Below, piece after piece: positions 9,311 through 18,820 of a stretch of 61,916 bases of DNA. The position numbers were made by a program, and so were the translations under genes. The first letter of the stretch is position 1. Each line of letters begins with the position of its first letter. Origin of the DNA: a virus (Duplodnaviria; Caudoviricetes); the IMG/VR virus record IMGVR_UViG_3300043639_000021, positions 1 to 61,916 of that record; one strand, 5' to 3'. The notes beneath the pieces were generated by a model. That model saw nothing but the letters and a program-made list of their open reading frames with translations, made no database searches and was not told the DNA's origin.

Positions 9311-10278
9311 GCCAGTAGCTCCTGAATCTTCCGCTTCGCGGTATGCTCACGGCTGGCGTCAAACACCCACGCCTGCCGGGGCTTCCCCAGCATGATTAGT
9401 TCCCGCTCGTGCAGCGCCCCTCGCCCGGTCAGTGCCGTACTCAGGATCTCCGACACCGGCACACGGGTAGTAATCACAGACGGCTCGGGGGTGTCATATG
9501 TATCTTCGCCGGGGATCTGGTCAAACGACTGATTGGACGTGAATTGAAACGCCACGTCCTCATCCGATGTCCACGACGACGCAGGCTGCATCGTCACCGT
9601 GCCCACCCCTAAGCCTAGCTCCCCACGGCCCTGTAGCCCGCCGTGTCCACGCAGCACGGACACGTGCGTAATCCCTTGCTTCGCGAACCACGCTTGCGTA
9701 TTTTCATACTCGGCTCGGACAAACGCCATTGCTCGTGATCGCTCGGGCTCTTTAAGCGTGGGATGGAATCTCAGGTGATCCGTAGCGGCATCCAACCCAA
9801 ATTCCAATCGAACCGCCTCCTGCATCTTGACGGCATCCACACTGTTCGCCGCCGTATCCGCCCACAGATCAATCTTCTCTTGAATCCACCCGGCTATCTT
9901 CGGCCCCGTCATACCAGCAAAGGCCGGGTGTTTCAACAGGCGCTCCGTCAACTCCATTTGAACCCGACGTTTCACGACGCCCCGTACCTCAGATGCCCGC
10001 AACGGATCGAACCCCGGAAAGCTGTCTCGTATGGCTCCCTCCACCTGTTTAGGAGCCACCAGCCGCGTGTGATCCTGAAACGCCCGCTGCATTTGATCGA
10101 CTTCAGCCTGCCGGGGATGGTAGGACGACACCCAGCGCCCCCCACCAGAAGTGCCCTCAGGATTCCGTGGCTGATTGGGATCGAACTTCTGTACTGGCCC
10201 GTAGAGGGGGACCAGAAATTCCCGGTCGTCAATGAGCAGTTCAGGAGTCATGGGGTTCAAAGGTATAGGTGAAGCCAC
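9307..10278 (-). CDS. Tagged ADP-ribosyltransferase (R-S-E type)
   Basis: Tag KFDPNQPRNPEGTSGGGRW; VLRG...SSWTS...ERELIML catalytic pattern. Confidence 0.72.
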   Translation of the reverse strand: MASPIPLNPMTPELLIDDREFLVPLYGPVQKFDPNQPRNPEGTSGGGRWVSSYHPRQAEVDQMQRAFQDHTRLVAPKQVEGAIRDSFPGFDPLRASEVRGVVKRRVQMELTERLLKHPAFAGMTGPKIAGWIQEKIDLWADTAANSVDAVKMQEAVRLEFGLDAATDHLRFHPTLKEPERSRAMAFVRAEYENTQAWFAKQGITHVSVLRGHGGLQGRGELGLGVGTVTMQPASSWTSDEDVAFQFTSNQSFDQIPGEDTYDTPEPSVITTRVPVSEILSTALTGRGALHERELIMLGKPRQAWVFDASREHTAKRKIQELLA

Positions 10279-10864
10279 CGAGTTGCCTCTGCAACCGGGA
10301 GTACAGCAACTTGTGGTGCATCGCGTTCGCTTCGGCTATCGAAATGTCAGAGTGAACAATTCGCTGCTCCAAGTCGGCTTTCACCGCTTCGTGCATCGCC
10401 CGCACGGCTTGATAGAAATTCGGGGGCCACGTCGCACCCGTGCGTCGAATGCTGTGCGTACCGGTAGCAATCACCGCCCGCACTTCCAACACATTCCGTT
10501 TCGCGGCGGTAAACGCATCCTGCTGACTCGGACCCATCCCTGAGGGATGATTGTGCGTCAACACCGCCCCCGTAAGATCGGCATCCGTGGCGTTCCCCAA
10601 CTGCACCGCATGAGGATCGTCATTCCCCAGCACCTTGAAGGGCTTGCCATCCCGAATCAGGAAGACATGCTCATTCATCTCGTGACGAATGCGATGCTCC
10701 GCTGCCGCCAGCGTAGGTGGCAGGGGCTCCGCCCGCATCTCCGCTGCCGTCGTCTGTCCTCCCACCCCAGCCCAGCGCCCATCGTCATCACGGGGCTGGT
10801 TCGGGTTGAACTTCAGCACCGGAATTGCACTTGATTGCACGGGGCGTAGCTGGAGGTAGAGCAT
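10241..10864 (-). CDS. Tagged JAB/MPN metallopeptidase-like protein
   Basis: Tag LKFNPNQPRDDDGRW; E...LTHNHPSGMGPSQQD JAMM-like motif. Confidence 0.72.
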   Translation of the reverse strand: MLYLQLRPVQSSAIPVLKFNPNQPRDDDGRWAGVGGQTTAAEMRAEPLPPTLAAAEHRIRHEMNEHVFLIRDGKPFKVLGNDDPHAVQLGNATDADLTGAVLTHNHPSGMGPSQQDAFTAAKRNVLEVRAVIATGTHSIRRTGATWPPNFYQAVRAMHEAVKADLEQRIVHSDISIAEANAMHHKLLYSRLQRQLGGFTYTFEPHDS

Positions 10865-10866
10865 GG

Positions 10867-11097
10867 TCAGTCGGAGATGAACTTCGCCCGGTAGTAGGAA
10901 CCGGAGAACTCGATTTCCAACGACTTCAAGAACTCCGCGTCATCGGTCTTGCGCCCGCGTTGCATCTCGATATCTCGTAGAATCGGCGGCGGTACCGGTT
11001 CGTTGGTCTGAATCTGCACCCCCCCGTTCTCGGCCCGGATGGTACACATCACCCGTGCCCCCTGATTCCCCGTCATGGCCCACAATTCCACGTGCAT
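10867..11097 (-). CDS. Small untagged protein, candidate immunity partner of the upstream kinase
   Basis: GGAGGT RBS before ATG 11097; own consensus promoter; directly downstream of the kinase gene; no tag. Function inferred from context only. Confidence 0.55.
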   Translation of the reverse strand: MHVELWAMTGNQGARVMCTIRAENGGVQIQTNEPVPPPILRDIEMQRGRKTDDAEFLKSLEIEFSGSYYRAKFISD

Positions 11098-11114
11098 CAC
11101 ACACCTCCAGTCAC

Positions 11115-11143
11115 AGTGTATCACTAGGATGACAGTTTGTCAA
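11115..11143 (-). promoter_or_regulatory. Sigma70-type promoter inside the head operon
   Basis: TTGACA-17 bp-TACACT on the minus strand, just after the kinase stop codon. Confidence 0.75.
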
Positions 11144-12871
11144 TCACCATGACATGAGTTGCTGATCGTTCCACAGATCGACCAGTCCTTCGGGGGTTTG
11201 CAGGGCGGTTTTGATGTTGTCCACCCGCCCCAAGAAAGCGGCACGTTCCTTGGCGTTCATGTTCGGGTGGCGATCCACCAGTGCCTGCCAATCGGTCTTC
11301 GATACCGCCCCCTGAAGCGTCTGACGTAAATCTTCGGAGATTTCCGAGTTGTTGCTTTTCCACTCTCCGACCACGCCGGATCGAAACTGAAACGAATCCG
11401 GCTCCCGAGACGCGGGCATGCTGTAGCCGTTGTCGATGGCCACGAGCTTCCCATTCTCGTAGAGGATGTTCTGGCTGTGTCGATCCATCGTGCCGATCAC
11501 GTAGTCCAGCACCGCCAGCTTGGCCTTCTCGTCATCGCTCGTAGTTCCCCAGCTTTCCGCGTTTCCACGGAACTGCTGAATGGATCCCCCCTCGGGGTGT
11601 GGGGCGTCTGCATTCCCCTCTCCACCCCTTCCGCCGCTCCCAAATCCTTGGCTCCGCCGCCAATCCGTGAAGGACGGGAACTGCTCGTCCATCAACCGGT
11701 TCTCGGTGTCGGAGTGGTCCTGTATCCACTCATCGCGATCCAGATGCTCAAACGCCTCTGTGCGGGTGGGATCTTCCAGTTCTCGGTAGCCTTCCTCCAG
11801 CCGCTTCCGGAGCAGTTCTCGGACGCGATCTTCCTCATACGTCCGCAACGACCGGCCTGCGTCGATACCCGCCCCGTCGATGACCTCTAGCAAGGGGAGC
11901 GGCCCGACGTCTCGGCGCTCAAACCCCTCAGCCGATCCCAGCGGCAAGGCCGCATGTTCACGCAGCGCAGACGGAGAACCATGGGTGTGGTCACTGGGAT
12001 AGGCTTTCTTCTCGTCCTCCCAGATTTCACGAATTTCCTCGGCCCGGTTCTCAATGTCATCGGCGTGTTCCTTCTGCGCTTCTTCGAACTTCTCGTTCAT
12101 CGCCTCCGCGACGTTCTCGTAGGCTTGATCCTGCCCGCGTTCCTTGTAGCTCTCGTAGCGGCTCCGTAATTCATCGGAGTCGTAGCCCCCGCCGCCTTCA
12201 CCACCCACTTCACTGAGATCCACATCATCCACTCGTTCTCGGAGCACCGTGGCAGGCACCAACCCGAGATTCAGTGCAGAATCGACCTCGTAGGCGAAGG
12301 CTTCCCGTTCTGCGAGAGAAAAGTCTTTGTTCTTGAGGAACCGATTGATGTCCCCATTGGTAAAGCTCATATCCCATGCTTCACCCACCTCGGGTTTGTA
12401 AAAGCCCTTGGTGCCATCTTCGAACGTCACTTTAAAGGCGGCATTTGAACCGCCTCCATAGTTATCACTGTCCGTGATCTCCCCGTTCGCCAGCGTCTCC
12501 AGCACCTCCGCTTGCGCGGCAGACGCCTTGGCATGCGCCTCTGCGGCCTCTGTGGCCTTCGCCTGCGCCACGAGAGCTTGTACTCCGGTGGTTCCTCGGG
12601 GATTGTTTTCAAACCCTGTCCCACTGGGGCCATTCATGATGTCCGCATACCCGGCGTTCCCCTGTTGACGGGACATACCCTTGGGAGTCGAGAAGTCTCC
12701 CGGCATGCTCCCCGTCCCGGCGCTCACTCCCTTGACCCACCGTCCACCAGTCGGTGTGCCTTTCTGGCCACGAGGCTGATTGCGATCCCACTTCAGTACA
12801 TCCGGAAACGTGGGCTCCATCTTGAGGATGCGCCGAATCTCTGCAATCAAGTGCCGGGTGACGGTGATCAT
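11144..12871 (-). CDS. Tagged PI3/4-kinase-like (HipA-related) kinase with large acidic insertion
   Basis: Tag LKWDRNQPRGQKGTPTGGRW; GFYKP, EREAFAYEVDSALNLGLVPATV, GSIQQF, LDYVIGTMDRHSQN and IDNG kinase motifs. Confidence 0.8.
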   Translation of the reverse strand: MITVTRHLIAEIRRILKMEPTFPDVLKWDRNQPRGQKGTPTGGRWVKGVSAGTGSMPGDFSTPKGMSRQQGNAGYADIMNGPSGTGFENNPRGTTGVQALVAQAKATEAAEAHAKASAAQAEVLETLANGEITDSDNYGGGSNAAFKVTFEDGTKGFYKPEVGEAWDMSFTNGDINRFLKNKDFSLAEREAFAYEVDSALNLGLVPATVLRERVDDVDLSEVGGEGGGGYDSDELRSRYESYKERGQDQAYENVAEAMNEKFEEAQKEHADDIENRAEEIREIWEDEKKAYPSDHTHGSPSALREHAALPLGSAEGFERRDVGPLPLLEVIDGAGIDAGRSLRTYEEDRVRELLRKRLEEGYRELEDPTRTEAFEHLDRDEWIQDHSDTENRLMDEQFPSFTDWRRSQGFGSGGRGGEGNADAPHPEGGSIQQFRGNAESWGTTSDDEKAKLAVLDYVIGTMDRHSQNILYENGKLVAIDNGYSMPASREPDSFQFRSGVVGEWKSNNSEISEDLRQTLQGAVSKTDWQALVDRHPNMNAKERAAFLGRVDNIKTALQTPEGLVDLWNDQQLMSW

Positions 12872-12873
12872 CC

Positions 12874-15039
12874 TTAGCTCACTTTCGACCAGTCTACGGT
12901 GCTCATCCAGTGGGGCTTGCCACGGTCCTCGGCTTGGAGATCGATCACCAGCGTCTGGGACTCGGCCTTCTTCACCGGTTGTACGATGGGCACCTCATCG
13001 AAGGATGGGGCTCGGTTGCGCCACGCATCCCACAACCACTTGTCTTTGGTACCCACAATGACCACCTCGTGCTCGGAAGTATTATTCGCCCCGTAGATCG
13101 GCAGTGAAAGCACCGACGTAGGAGGCGTCTCGATGCGAAGGACGACTCGGATGGGATCCGGAGGCAGATTGCCGACACCACCCCACTCGTTCGCCACATC
13201 ACGAGTGCCGGTCGTAGACGCGGCTCCAGACCGTTGCAGTTGAATATCAGGCAGTTTGATAGACAAACCCACAGAAGTATTCAAATACATCGCGATTCGC
13301 CGCTGAATCGCCACCTCATTACTCTCGTAGGGAGTCTGACCGACGTCCGTGATAGTGGTGGCCTCGACGCGCTTCTTCGGAACCACAAAATGCTGGCCGT
13401 TGAAATCAAAGGCCACATGAGGGAACGGAGAATACGTACTCGTCACCTCTTTAATATTCGTGGCTGCGGGTTCGGGTTGTCCCGTTTTATCCACGATCAA
13501 ATTCGTCGTGCCCCTCACCACGTCACCGGGCATCTGCAACCCCCGATACACGGGAACTGTCGTCTCCCCGGCCCGCTGTAACACCAGTTGGTTCACTTCC
13601 CACTGGGCACGGACGTAGGCTTGCAACGTGGCGATACCGCCATAATCCTCGGCATCCGCCGTCGCGTCCTCTACCTCTTCCTTCGTCAGCCGATGGTGAC
13701 CTCCCAGTTCCAGTGCCGCCGCCAACTGCAACGACAGAGACAACCCTTCACTAGACGAAGCAATCCACTGTCCCCAAACATCGCTAATCAATTTCTGCGA
13801 CGTGGTCGGAAGAGATGCTTGTTTTTGCCAGTACGTCGCCCACTTTTCTCCGAATTCCTTAGCCAGTTCTTCTGTCTCCGCCCCGCCTACCACACTCCCC
13901 GTATCATCCTTCACCACGAACTTGCCAGCTTTAACCAGCAACGGATGATTCGCTTCAACCGTATACGCAGGTCGTTCGACAGCATGTTCCCCCGCAAACC
14001 CCCGCTCTTTCCGCAACTCATCCGTCCGTAGTTCGGTCAGACGCTTGGCAATCGTCGCTGTGCGGGCGTAGTCATCATCCTCGTGGGTGCCTTCTTTGAT
14101 GCCTGATACCCAGTGTGTCGGCTCATGACGGCCTGCGGTCCCATAGGGATTGTCCACCCCGGAGAATTCTCCGCCTGCGATCATCTCGGGAATGACGGCG
14201 GCTCGTTGCTCGGGGGACATCCGATCCCACTGCTTCTGAACTTCCGCCGTGACCAACTCCCCCCGCTCCTCCAAATACTTGTCGGTGTTCTGAACCCGCT
14301 CGATTTCATCGTCCAGCACCCGCTTGTATTCGTGGGACCACCACCCACTCACATGGGTTTTTTCGAGGGGTGTCAACTCCGTGCCATCCGTGTGTCGCAG
14401 TGCATTGGTATCCAACACCGGCACCCCGGTATCGTCCACGCGCTTCGGGTCAGGCACGCTTAACGTCTTGAAGTCCAGTGGTTTGCCCTGCGACACGCTC
14501 TTATCGAGCGCATACCCGTCCATGGGCTTGTCACCGATTCGACCTTCTACCCAGACCTTGGTCTTCTCGGCCAGTTCGGGAGCGTGGTTCTCGATCAAAT
14601 CCCACCGGACATCCACCACCATGTCAGCGTCGATGGCCTGCACGTCCACGTTGTCGTACTGAGACTCTGCGTAGTAGGCGGCAACCTTTTGCTTGGTGCT
14701 CTCAGGAAGATCCCCCCACTCCCCTTTCACCTCCGACATATCCATCGTGTCGATGGCTTCCGGTAGGAGCCTCTCGACGGCAGCGATCCCGGCCTTGGCT
14801 TGCACCGCTAACAGAGGATCGGACGTAGGGACGCCTGAACGACCGGACTCCGTGAACCGCCCGCCCTCTCGCGTGCCTTCGGGGTTGCGGGGGTGCTCAG
14901 ACTCGTCAAAGGCGTCCTTGGCCTGCTTCGGTGGGGGATGACGTTTCTCCAGCAACACCCGGATCTTGTGGACAAGCTCCTGCCCACGGATTAAGGCGTC
15001 CTCTCGGAGTATTGTTTTCTCGATGGTGTCGTGGCTCAT
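12874..15039 (-). CDS. Tagged large protein with C-terminal R-S-E ADP-ribosyltransferase domain
   Basis: Tag KDAFDESEHPRNPEGTREGGRF; VYRG...STT...EHEVVIVG. Similar to 9307..10278 (YVRAQWEVNQ vs FVRAEYENTQ). Confidence 0.68.
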   Translation of the reverse strand: MSHDTIEKTILREDALIRGQELVHKIRVLLEKRHPPPKQAKDAFDESEHPRNPEGTREGGRFTESGRSGVPTSDPLLAVQAKAGIAAVERLLPEAIDTMDMSEVKGEWGDLPESTKQKVAAYYAESQYDNVDVQAIDADMVVDVRWDLIENHAPELAEKTKVWVEGRIGDKPMDGYALDKSVSQGKPLDFKTLSVPDPKRVDDTGVPVLDTNALRHTDGTELTPLEKTHVSGWWSHEYKRVLDDEIERVQNTDKYLEERGELVTAEVQKQWDRMSPEQRAAVIPEMIAGGEFSGVDNPYGTAGRHEPTHWVSGIKEGTHEDDDYARTATIAKRLTELRTDELRKERGFAGEHAVERPAYTVEANHPLLVKAGKFVVKDDTGSVVGGAETEELAKEFGEKWATYWQKQASLPTTSQKLISDVWGQWIASSSEGLSLSLQLAAALELGGHHRLTKEEVEDATADAEDYGGIATLQAYVRAQWEVNQLVLQRAGETTVPVYRGLQMPGDVVRGTTNLIVDKTGQPEPAATNIKEVTSTYSPFPHVAFDFNGQHFVVPKKRVEATTITDVGQTPYESNEVAIQRRIAMYLNTSVGLSIKLPDIQLQRSGAASTTGTRDVANEWGGVGNLPPDPIRVVLRIETPPTSVLSLPIYGANNTSEHEVVIVGTKDKWLWDAWRNRAPSFDEVPIVQPVKKAESQTLVIDLQAEDRGKPHWMSTVDWSKVS

Positions 15040-17177
15040 AGGATAGACACACCTTCATGGGACTCTTTGAACCGGTCGAGAGCGTCTTCATCCCACATGC
15101 CCGATGACTGGATGGCCTTCAACTGATCGTAGAGGAATTGCCGCTTCTCAGGACCGTAGTTTTCGTCAATATACAGCACCCTGTCCCGCATTCCCCTACG
15201 TGCCAGTTTATCAGATAATCGCTGTGCGGCCTCGTAATCTCCTTCGACCACGAACCCTTTGACCGCTGACTTGGGCACCTGTGGCACTTTTACTTCGAAT
15301 AGTTGCTCACGGGACCGGTGCAACAGAGCTTCAGGGGATCCCGCTCGTGCCGCCGCCACGGCATAGTAGTCATCCCCCTTCACGATCATCGACCGGTACT
15401 TCTCTACCCGCCGGGGGTTGTACGTCTCCCGCATACCGGTATCATCAAACTCGGCCCCTCCCGGCACCACAACAATATCCTTCTCCGTGGCCCATCCCCC
15501 GTCCTGAAGAACTTCGTTGTCGATGATGACCGCCACGTTGCCGTAGTCTTGATGCTTCTCCCCATGGGTCATGAACACAAACCGATCCAACCCCAGCTTC
15601 TTATCAGCAGGATTGGTGGTCCCTGTGATCACCTTTTCAATGTCTTGCAATTCCTGCACGTAGCCTAAGAGCGCCTCCGCGTCACTGCGATCCAATCCCA
15701 GTCCCTCAATATCATCAGCAGTCCAGAAGGGAATGTTGCCCCAGTCCGCATCTTCACCCACGATGTTATTGATGCTGTCCTTCAGATCCTCAATGTCCTC
15801 AGTCAAATCTTTGATTTCGCCTTCCATATCTGCGTGCGAAAGCAAACCCTTCTCCACGGCTCCAAGTGCTCCGGCCACGGTCGTTCCGTGAACCAAAGGC
15901 AGGGCACGTAACTCTTGTTCTGCTGCATGCTCCTTGGCTAGATCCGGCTCTGTTCCGGACAAGAACGTCCGCACCCGCCGAAACTCAGTAATCTGCGCTT
16001 CGGCATTGGCTTTCGAATCCACGCCCTGCAAAACCTTTGCTGACGATGCAAATTGCCCGCCTTCACTAGTGCCTTTCGGCTCTCGGACGTACTCTCGTGC
16101 CACCTTCTTGCGCTTCCGGGGCACATCGGCATAGACCCGCACTTCGTGCAGGAACTTGTCGGAGCCCGTCGTCACGAGCGCATCAGCGGGAATGTCCTCA
16201 GCGGCGGTTTCCAGAATCTGCACGTGTTCGGGATTCAACTTGGCAAGGAGCTTCTGGTCCCCAAACAGGATGGGGTTCTTCAGACTCTCCACGGGATGGC
16301 CTGCGGCCTGCTCCGCTTCTCGCTCTCGCAACTGGAGATAGGCTTTGTGGGCATCCGACACGTGACTGCGGTAAATCTGTTCCCGCTCCTCCGGAGGTGG
16401 GGGTGGACCCACCCACCCACGCTTGTCCTCGGGGAGATCCTTGTCCCACACGAACGTGCGCTCCAGCGATTGATCACTCCAGTTGTGCAGGGCGAAATCC
16501 ACCGCCCCTTGGAGCGATCCCTCTGGTAACCCAGCCGCCTGCTCGTCCTCCCGTGCCCACCGCTCAATCGTGTCCTTCCGGGCTTCGCCTCGGGCTATCT
16601 GTATGGCCCGGACCAACTCTCGCTGAATGACCGTGGCATCCACAGGGCTGGACGTGAACGACACCCCTAGTGCCTGCCCACCACCCAGCCCACCGCTCTC
16701 CTTCAAGCCCAGTAGGACGCCAGAGGACTCCACCGCCGGAGCATTGGTGGTGACGTGGTAGAGCGTCGATGGAATCTGCTCACGGGGGATGGGCTCACCG
16801 GTCAGCAGATGCCCTCCGGGCTTGCCCGTCTCCTTGTCGATCCACGCCCACCGCTGTTCGTTCCCCCAACTGGAATACTGACCTACATCAGAGGGACGGT
16901 TGAAGATGCGGGGCTGGCTGGCCTCGATGAACCGGCCATCATCGCCTCGTGGGTGTGCTGCCGCATCGAACTTCCGGGTGATGCCCCCGATACCGGGAGC
17001 TTTTGCACTTGAGTGCGCGGTAAAGAAGGCGGTGCTGCCGTCGTCAAAGAGCACACGGGCAGCGGTGGCCTTCTCAGCGGGCACAGGGTGCCAGTGGGCA
17101 TCCAGATACACCACGGTGCCGGTCTTGCTGCCGATGGTGATCAGAGTAGGGGTCACGCTCGATACCACTTGTGCCAC
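15036..17177 (-). CDS. Tagged polyprotein: small N-terminal domain + two His-type ART-like domains
   Basis: Tags KFDAAAHPRGDDGRF and REYVREPKGTSEGGQF. Domain 1 LYHVT...GVSFTS...HEVRVY; domain 2 LVHGTT...GLLSH...FVFMT...FEVKV (DarT-like pattern). Confidence 0.62.
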   Translation of the reverse strand: MAQVVSSVTPTLITIGSKTGTVVYLDAHWHPVPAEKATAARVLFDDGSTAFFTAHSSAKAPGIGGITRKFDAAAHPRGDDGRFIEASQPRIFNRPSDVGQYSSWGNEQRWAWIDKETGKPGGHLLTGEPIPREQIPSTLYHVTTNAPAVESSGVLLGLKESGGLGGGQALGVSFTSSPVDATVIQRELVRAIQIARGEARKDTIERWAREDEQAAGLPEGSLQGAVDFALHNWSDQSLERTFVWDKDLPEDKRGWVGPPPPPEEREQIYRSHVSDAHKAYLQLREREAEQAAGHPVESLKNPILFGDQKLLAKLNPEHVQILETAAEDIPADALVTTGSDKFLHEVRVYADVPRKRKKVAREYVREPKGTSEGGQFASSAKVLQGVDSKANAEAQITEFRRVRTFLSGTEPDLAKEHAAEQELRALPLVHGTTVAGALGAVEKGLLSHADMEGEIKDLTEDIEDLKDSINNIVGEDADWGNIPFWTADDIEGLGLDRSDAEALLGYVQELQDIEKVITGTTNPADKKLGLDRFVFMTHGEKHQDYGNVAVIIDNEVLQDGGWATEKDIVVVPGGAEFDDTGMRETYNPRRVEKYRSMIVKGDDYYAVAAARAGSPEALLHRSREQLFEVKVPQVPKSAVKGFVVEGDYEAAQRLSDKLARRGMRDRVLYIDENYGPEKRQFLYDQLKAIQSSGMWDEDALDRFKESHEGVSIL

Positions 17178-18820
17178 TCGTACATCATTTCAGTCAGCAT
17201 CACCCACTGAGAGTCCGGATCCGGCTTTTCTTTCTCATCCCACGACTGAGGAGTAGTCATAAACCGGGTGATCTCCGCTATCGTCTCAGTGATGGCATGA
17301 TCGTACGGGTGCCAGCGGCTATCCTTCTTCTGTTCGGCAATGGCCTCCGGAGTCCAATAGGACTCCGCGTACGTGCTGTGCCCATCCTCTTGGATCATTT
17401 GCTTGGTAATACCCAGCGATCCCCTGAAGTACTCGCCGCCCGCAAGCCTCGCCACCACCGTAGAGGCTGGATAGTCTCGGGCAAACTCCTCCGCATACTC
17501 GGGTTTCAACTGTCGCCCAGTACGCCCACTCGGTCCAGTCTGCATCGAAAATCGTTCCAGAAACCACTCCGAGTACTGATCCGTGGGAGTGAACGCCTTC
17601 TTCTTATAGGCTTCTTCCTCCCGCTCGGAGGCTTGTTTCAATGCGTGGAAGATGGCGTGGGAAATCTCATGGGACACTACCCCTTGGATGTCAATCCTGT
17701 CTCCATAGGAAAGAGTAGGATCCCCGTAGGTAGACCCAATGTTTGCGGCATTCAATTGAATACGCCCCGTGGTGGGATCAAAATGCCCAGCTTCCGTAAA
17801 CTGCTTCGCGCCAACCGAAAATCCCTTGGCCTCCTCATGCACTATGTCAATGCGCGACGGATCAAACCCCATTTTCTGGGCCATCTCGTTCGCCAAAACG
17901 CGAACGGCCTCCGCCCGGATCTTGGCCCGCTCCGGGCTTACGGCCTCCAGCGTGATGTCCAGCATCGCGTCCGATCCGGCTGAACTTTCCGTGAACTTCC
18001 CGGCCCTGTCACGGGGGTGCTCGGACTCGTCCCACTTCGTGACCGTCACAAACTTGGCGGGAATAGGCTCACGACTCCACACCGAATCCGGGCCGCTGTT
18101 CCGCTTGAGTCCTTCGTACAGCAATCGCGGGAGGCGCACCGTTACCACAGCGGGTTGGGCGTGCATCTCAGAATACGATTTCGCTGACGCCATCCGTTTG
18201 GCCAACCAGATATAGTCCCGGTGTCCCTCTGGATCTCCGCCCATCGTCTGCTTGGCGACGGCGCGGATTCTGAACCCTTCCTTTAGAATCTTGTTGGCCC
18301 GTCTCCGGCTGGTGCCGTGGTATAGCTCCACAAACTCCCCGACGTGGGTGACGCCTTCGGCATCCACCCATCGACCGTGCTCATCCCGTGGTTGGGCAGG
18401 ATCGAACTTCAGCGCCTTGGTATTGGCCTCATCCGTGGCAATCAAGTGCAGGGCATCTTCTTGGATCTTGGCGGTGGCGGTGAACTCCAAGTACTGGATG
18501 ATGTTGTTGGTGACTTGCTTCAGGAAGGTGTCGAAGGTGCCGACGCCGACGAAGCTGGGCTTCTTCTTGGCTACTGTTTGGGCACCGAAGGTGGCGAACG
18601 ACAGCAGCATGTAGGTGATCCACTCCCTGTTGCTCGTACCGACCTCGGTCATGTCAAGGAAGGTCACCAGACGGCGGGCTTCATCCCACTTGTGGTCAAG
18701 ACACGCTTGGGTGATGCGGGCGTACAGGGGGGCAGACTGGATGCGCCACGCCCGTTGCAGGCGACGGACAAACGCCCGCTCTAGCAGGAGATACGTGCGA
18801 AGGTCAACGGTCTTGGCCAC
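17153..18820 (-). CDS. Polyprotein: helical N-terminal region (putative MuF N-half) + ART-like domain + zincin metallopeptidase
   Basis: Tags LKFDPAQPRDEHGRW and KWDESEHPRDRAGKF; LYHGTS...ILKEGF...YIWLA; HEISH...ETIAE zincin motif. Confidence 0.7.
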   Translation of the reverse strand: MAKTVDLRTYLLLERAFVRRLQRAWRIQSAPLYARITQACLDHKWDEARRLVTFLDMTEVGTSNREWITYMLLSFATFGAQTVAKKKPSFVGVGTFDTFLKQVTNNIIQYLEFTATAKIQEDALHLIATDEANTKALKFDPAQPRDEHGRWVDAEGVTHVGEFVELYHGTSRRRANKILKEGFRIRAVAKQTMGGDPEGHRDYIWLAKRMASAKSYSEMHAQPAVVTVRLPRLLYEGLKRNSGPDSVWSREPIPAKFVTVTKWDESEHPRDRAGKFTESSAGSDAMLDITLEAVSPERAKIRAEAVRVLANEMAQKMGFDPSRIDIVHEEAKGFSVGAKQFTEAGHFDPTTGRIQLNAANIGSTYGDPTLSYGDRIDIQGVVSHEISHAIFHALKQASEREEEAYKKKAFTPTDQYSEWFLERFSMQTGPSGRTGRQLKPEYAEEFARDYPASTVVARLAGGEYFRGSLGITKQMIQEDGHSTYAESYWTPEAIAEQKKDSRWHPYDHAITETIAEITRFMTTPQSWDEKEKPDPDSQWVMLTEMMYEWHKWYRA

